Positions 60,814 through 64,000 of a stretch of DNA of 64,000 bases are shown here, piece after piece (positions within the stretch are counted from its first letter, which is position 1; each line of letters begins with the position of its first letter). The notes under the pieces were generated by a model. It was given only the letters and a program-made list of their open reading frames with translations, searched no databases and was not told where the DNA came from. The DNA comes from Puccinia triticina. Its lineage: Eukaryota. The stretch covers positions 8,122,001-8,186,000 of the forward strand of contig CP110439.1 in the NCBI GenBank assembly GCA_026914245.1, given 5' to 3'. Both the position numbers and the translations under genes were made by a program.

Positions 60814-63200
60814 TTAATGGAGTTGTTCTTGGGGCCTTCGGAGATGGCAGGCAAACTTTTTGATGCTGCCCACAAGCAACCTGGCGTGGCTCTTCTTAAC
60901 CCCCTCGGATTCCAACTCTTCAGGCTTGAAGTGTTTGAAACCTGAATAGTGATCAATTCCGTATTTTTCTAGGGCCTTTTTGAGCGCTTCGTCAGTTGGA
61001 TCCACGTGGCAAAAGTGTAAGTACTTGCTGATATCCACAGAATCGTCTGAGGGGGCCGGGGACGAAGTAGGCACTGGTATCTGACTGAGTGTGTTGTTGA
61101 GAGTGTTTGGTGGGATTGAGGTGGGAAAAGCAGAAGTGGTGGCGGCGGGAATACCGGGGGCGGTAGCGGGAATGCCGGCGGCTGCGGCGAGATTACCGGC
61201 GGCGGGGGTGGGAATACCGGTGGCGGCGGCAGCAGGCATTGCATGGTAGGGTGTGTAAGTGTTTGGTGGGAACCCTCACGCCCAAGATGACGTTGGCCAA
61301 CCCATCATTGGGGGAAACCCACCAATCCCAAATCCATGAAACAATGGAGCCAGCGACGGGGAGACATTCACAGGCACATTTGGGTTGACGTTACTTGCAG
61401 GCGAGATCTTGGTGGCATTCCTTGCAGGCAATATGTTTTTCGGGCGTCCTAGTACTTGTATTGATTGGACTAGCATTGATTTGATGCTCTTGACGTCGGC
61501 TTGAGACCCTCTTGCACTCCTCCTTTGTCTAGAATTCGAACCCTGGCCCTTTTGGTGGGTTGTGCACGGCAACGGTGGGTCGCTAATTTACGGTTATCGA
61601 TATCGTAACATTATTGTAGCAATTTTTGGTCCCTTCACGCTAACCGGACTGGTAGCAATGGGGAAATGTGGTGCAATATTGATATTGCACCGGGCGGGTG
61701 TTTTTTTTTCAAGGCCGCTACGATATCTATGGGCAGAGCAGCAGGTATTTATCAACATATTGAGCAAGAAAAGGCCATTTCAGGGCTGATTTGGCCTTTC
61801 ACTGCTCAATAAAGTGTTGCTTTGCTTGACAAGGGCCAATTTGACCCTTAATTGCTTAATAAAATGTTAATTTTCTCAATAACACGTTACTTTACTAGTA
61901 ACAGCTGTACAAAAAAAGGCCAGTTACGATAACCGTGACGCGGCAATCCGCGCGCTAGCGTTAACAATAACTGTAAAAATGTTAGGCGCAGCTTGCTACT
62001 TTACTCTACAGCCCCGGTTATTGTAGAGTAAATTAGCAACCCACCGTTGTGCACGGTTATCTCGGGGTTATTAGCCTTTCAATCAAAAAGATATGTAAGA
62101 AGTATTATTAACAAACCAAAATGATTACATAAATACATATATAAAATGCTACTTGCCATGGCTTGGGCCCAGAGGGCCACTCAATCGTGATAGAGTGCAA
62201 TGAAACGGGTTGGATTGTTTGGGCTGATCATTACCGGAAGTTCGTGGGATCTGGTCAAGCTTTCACATGGGATGTGGGTTGCTTTGATCTGGAACATGTT
62301 GTTCAGTATGTCTTGCGCATGAGTTGCGCCAGCCAAAGGCTTGGGCTCCGGCGATTGTTTGTTACTCTGTTCTTGCTGCAATAGTTGTCTTGAAGCTTTG
62401 TTTCTCTGATTGTAATGAAACAAAAAGTCATAAAATTGTGAATTAGAATGCGAATATATTTAAATTTGATCAAATTTGAAACTACACACCTTGGAAGCCA
62501 CCTTGGGATCATTTTGAACCAAGAAGATGGTAATCTTATCCTTGAACTTCTCTGTAGTCGGGGCCACCTCAAGAAATTTGGCTAGTACTTTGGCGTCATC
62601 CACAATCGTCTTGTTCTTCTCTTGGAATTGCCCACCGTGAGGAATGATTGCGTACCAATTAATTTCTCCTTTGTTTTTGCAAAGTTGAGCGTGAGTCCCA
62701 AACTGTTTTGCATCATGAGTAGTAATCATGTGGTTGGCAAAACGCTTGAAAGCCGTGAGATCGCTGTTGGATACCTTCCAAGAAAAGTAAATTTTCTTCT
62801 GTGGAACAACTTTTGTGTATTTATCCTTGGGATCATTGGCCAAGACCTTTTGCCTTTTTGTCGCTTGACCAGACGTTACGGCTTTTGGTTTGGGAATAAT
62901 CAAGCAAGATCTTGACCTTTTTGTCACTTTCAGCTTGATCCTTCAAGGTTGGTTCCCGTGATTGTTCTGATACCCAGCCAATAAATGTTACTGAAGGGCT
63001 TTTTGACCTGCTTGAGGGATCAGCGGCTGGGGACGGAGTTTTTGGACTTTTGGGGCCAAACAACCACTCATCAATTTTGTCTAGCGACCCGCTTTGCTTG
63101 ATGAGACTGGAATAGTCTGAAGAAAAAAAAACAATGATTATTAAATGGAGCAGATCAAAGATAAGAATAAAAAAGAATAAAAATACATACCTTGTTCCAT
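60814..63200 (-). pseudogene. Passenger gene of the Tc1 element with a C-terminal SAM-like domain; multi-exon; interrupted by a MITE
   Basis: ORFs 62833, 62460, 62181, 61276 and 60814 with introns; C-terminus YLHFCHV..IDHYSGFK..GVKKSHARLL. Confidence 0.65.
61570..62049. mobile_element. MITE with CAAC..GTTG ends; 7-bp TSD TGCACGG; inverted relative of 58894-59266
   Basis: TIR caacggtgggtcgcta / tagcaacccaccgttg; perfect TSD. Confidence 0.85.
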
Positions 63201-64000
63201 GGTGGTAGGCGACCTGAAATTGTTGTTTGACAGTATCAACGGTTTGCGGCGGTTTGCGGCCGGTGCTTTTGGTGAGCTGAGGAGGCCGGGGGTTACCAGG
63301 GCTTCCCCTCCGGGAGAAAAAATATTCAGGGGTGAAAAAAAAAGTTGGGCCAGAAAAAAAAATGAACAAGCGCGGAAAACAGCAAGCTTTTACACATCAG
63401 CTGTATATGCTTTTGCTTTAGGAGAAAGGTAATGAGAGTTCCATTTTTCAAAAAAAAAAAAAAAAAAAGAGAACATGTCGAAAAAAGGCTGTCAGCAGGA
63501 ATACTGAACAAGAAAACGTGGGGTTTAGTTTAGCACACTGGGCAATAGGATAAAAGGTCTTTAGTCAGCTAGCAGTGGAAGTGGGACCCTGGTTGTTGAA
63601 CTGGGCTGTGTCTGATAGCTCTGGGTTCAAGCCTGGGGTGAGGCAATTTTTGCACCAGCCAAGCAAATGCAAATTCTACGCAGGCATTGCGTCCTGCAAT
63701 TCGCGTTGCCCAGGCCCGGCGCGATGCATTTTGTGTTGCGCTGGGCTTGCGTCAAGGATGTGCCAATGCACTTCCATCACACAGGCCTTGCTTCAAGGAT
63801 GTGCCAACGGCGGACTCTGACACAAGCCCTGCGCAGGAAGCAATGCCGACCGTGGTGTTGACAGCCTCCCGCGTAGAGGCATCAGGTTGGCCACCTGAAT
63901 TCTTTGGTGGCGTCAGGGAGGTCGCCGAGCTTAACAAAGCCTCTCCAAGGAGGCGCAAAGCGTCTCCAAAGGAGAGGATTACCTCTAAAGTCACACCATT

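Larger units (their letters stand above)
58677..63403. mobile_element. Tc1/mariner (IS630-like) DNA transposon with long TIRs; TSD TA; two convergent genes
   Basis: TIR cagctgatgtgtaaaag..cacccc extends over 100 bp; TA flanks. Confidence 0.92.

Noticed and set aside
58894..62049. One element spanning these two matching TIRs
   Set aside because: The TSDs resolve two separate MITEs.

Overview
Eukaryotic, intron-containing, transposon-dense DNA. The short GT-AG introns, TE families and TpCpG-biased decay point to a rust fungus (Pucciniales, Puccinia-like); this is inference. Four probable host genes: an 8-exon secreted protein (633-2698), two paralogous 2-exon genes (13513-14704 and 29521-30890) and a multi-exon membrane protein (~31450-34242). 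The rest is mostly nested TEs, many delimited by terminal repeats plus target-site duplications (TSDs): a full-length Copia (37475-42527) inside a ~13 kb CACC-ended CMC/EnSpm-like element carrying passenger genes (34763-47716), a full-length Gypsy (48587-57067) inside two nested Harbinger-type elements, a Tc1/IS630 element with a passenger gene (58677-63403), four solo LTRs and many MITEs. Most unusual signals: (1) a ~100-nt motif with apparently covarying stems, repeated four times inside the Gypsy, each copy opening with GTAAGT and followed ~110 nt later by a pyrimidine-rich YAG; (2) a 300-bp foldback element made of two inverted tRNA-like units, with LTR-like ends and a 5-bp TSD; (3) a Gypsy primer-binding site (PBS) copying ~50 nt of mature tRNA-Tyr; (4) a related SAM-like passenger gene in two unrelated DNA-transposon superfamilies. 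All calls are by eye; no searches were run.
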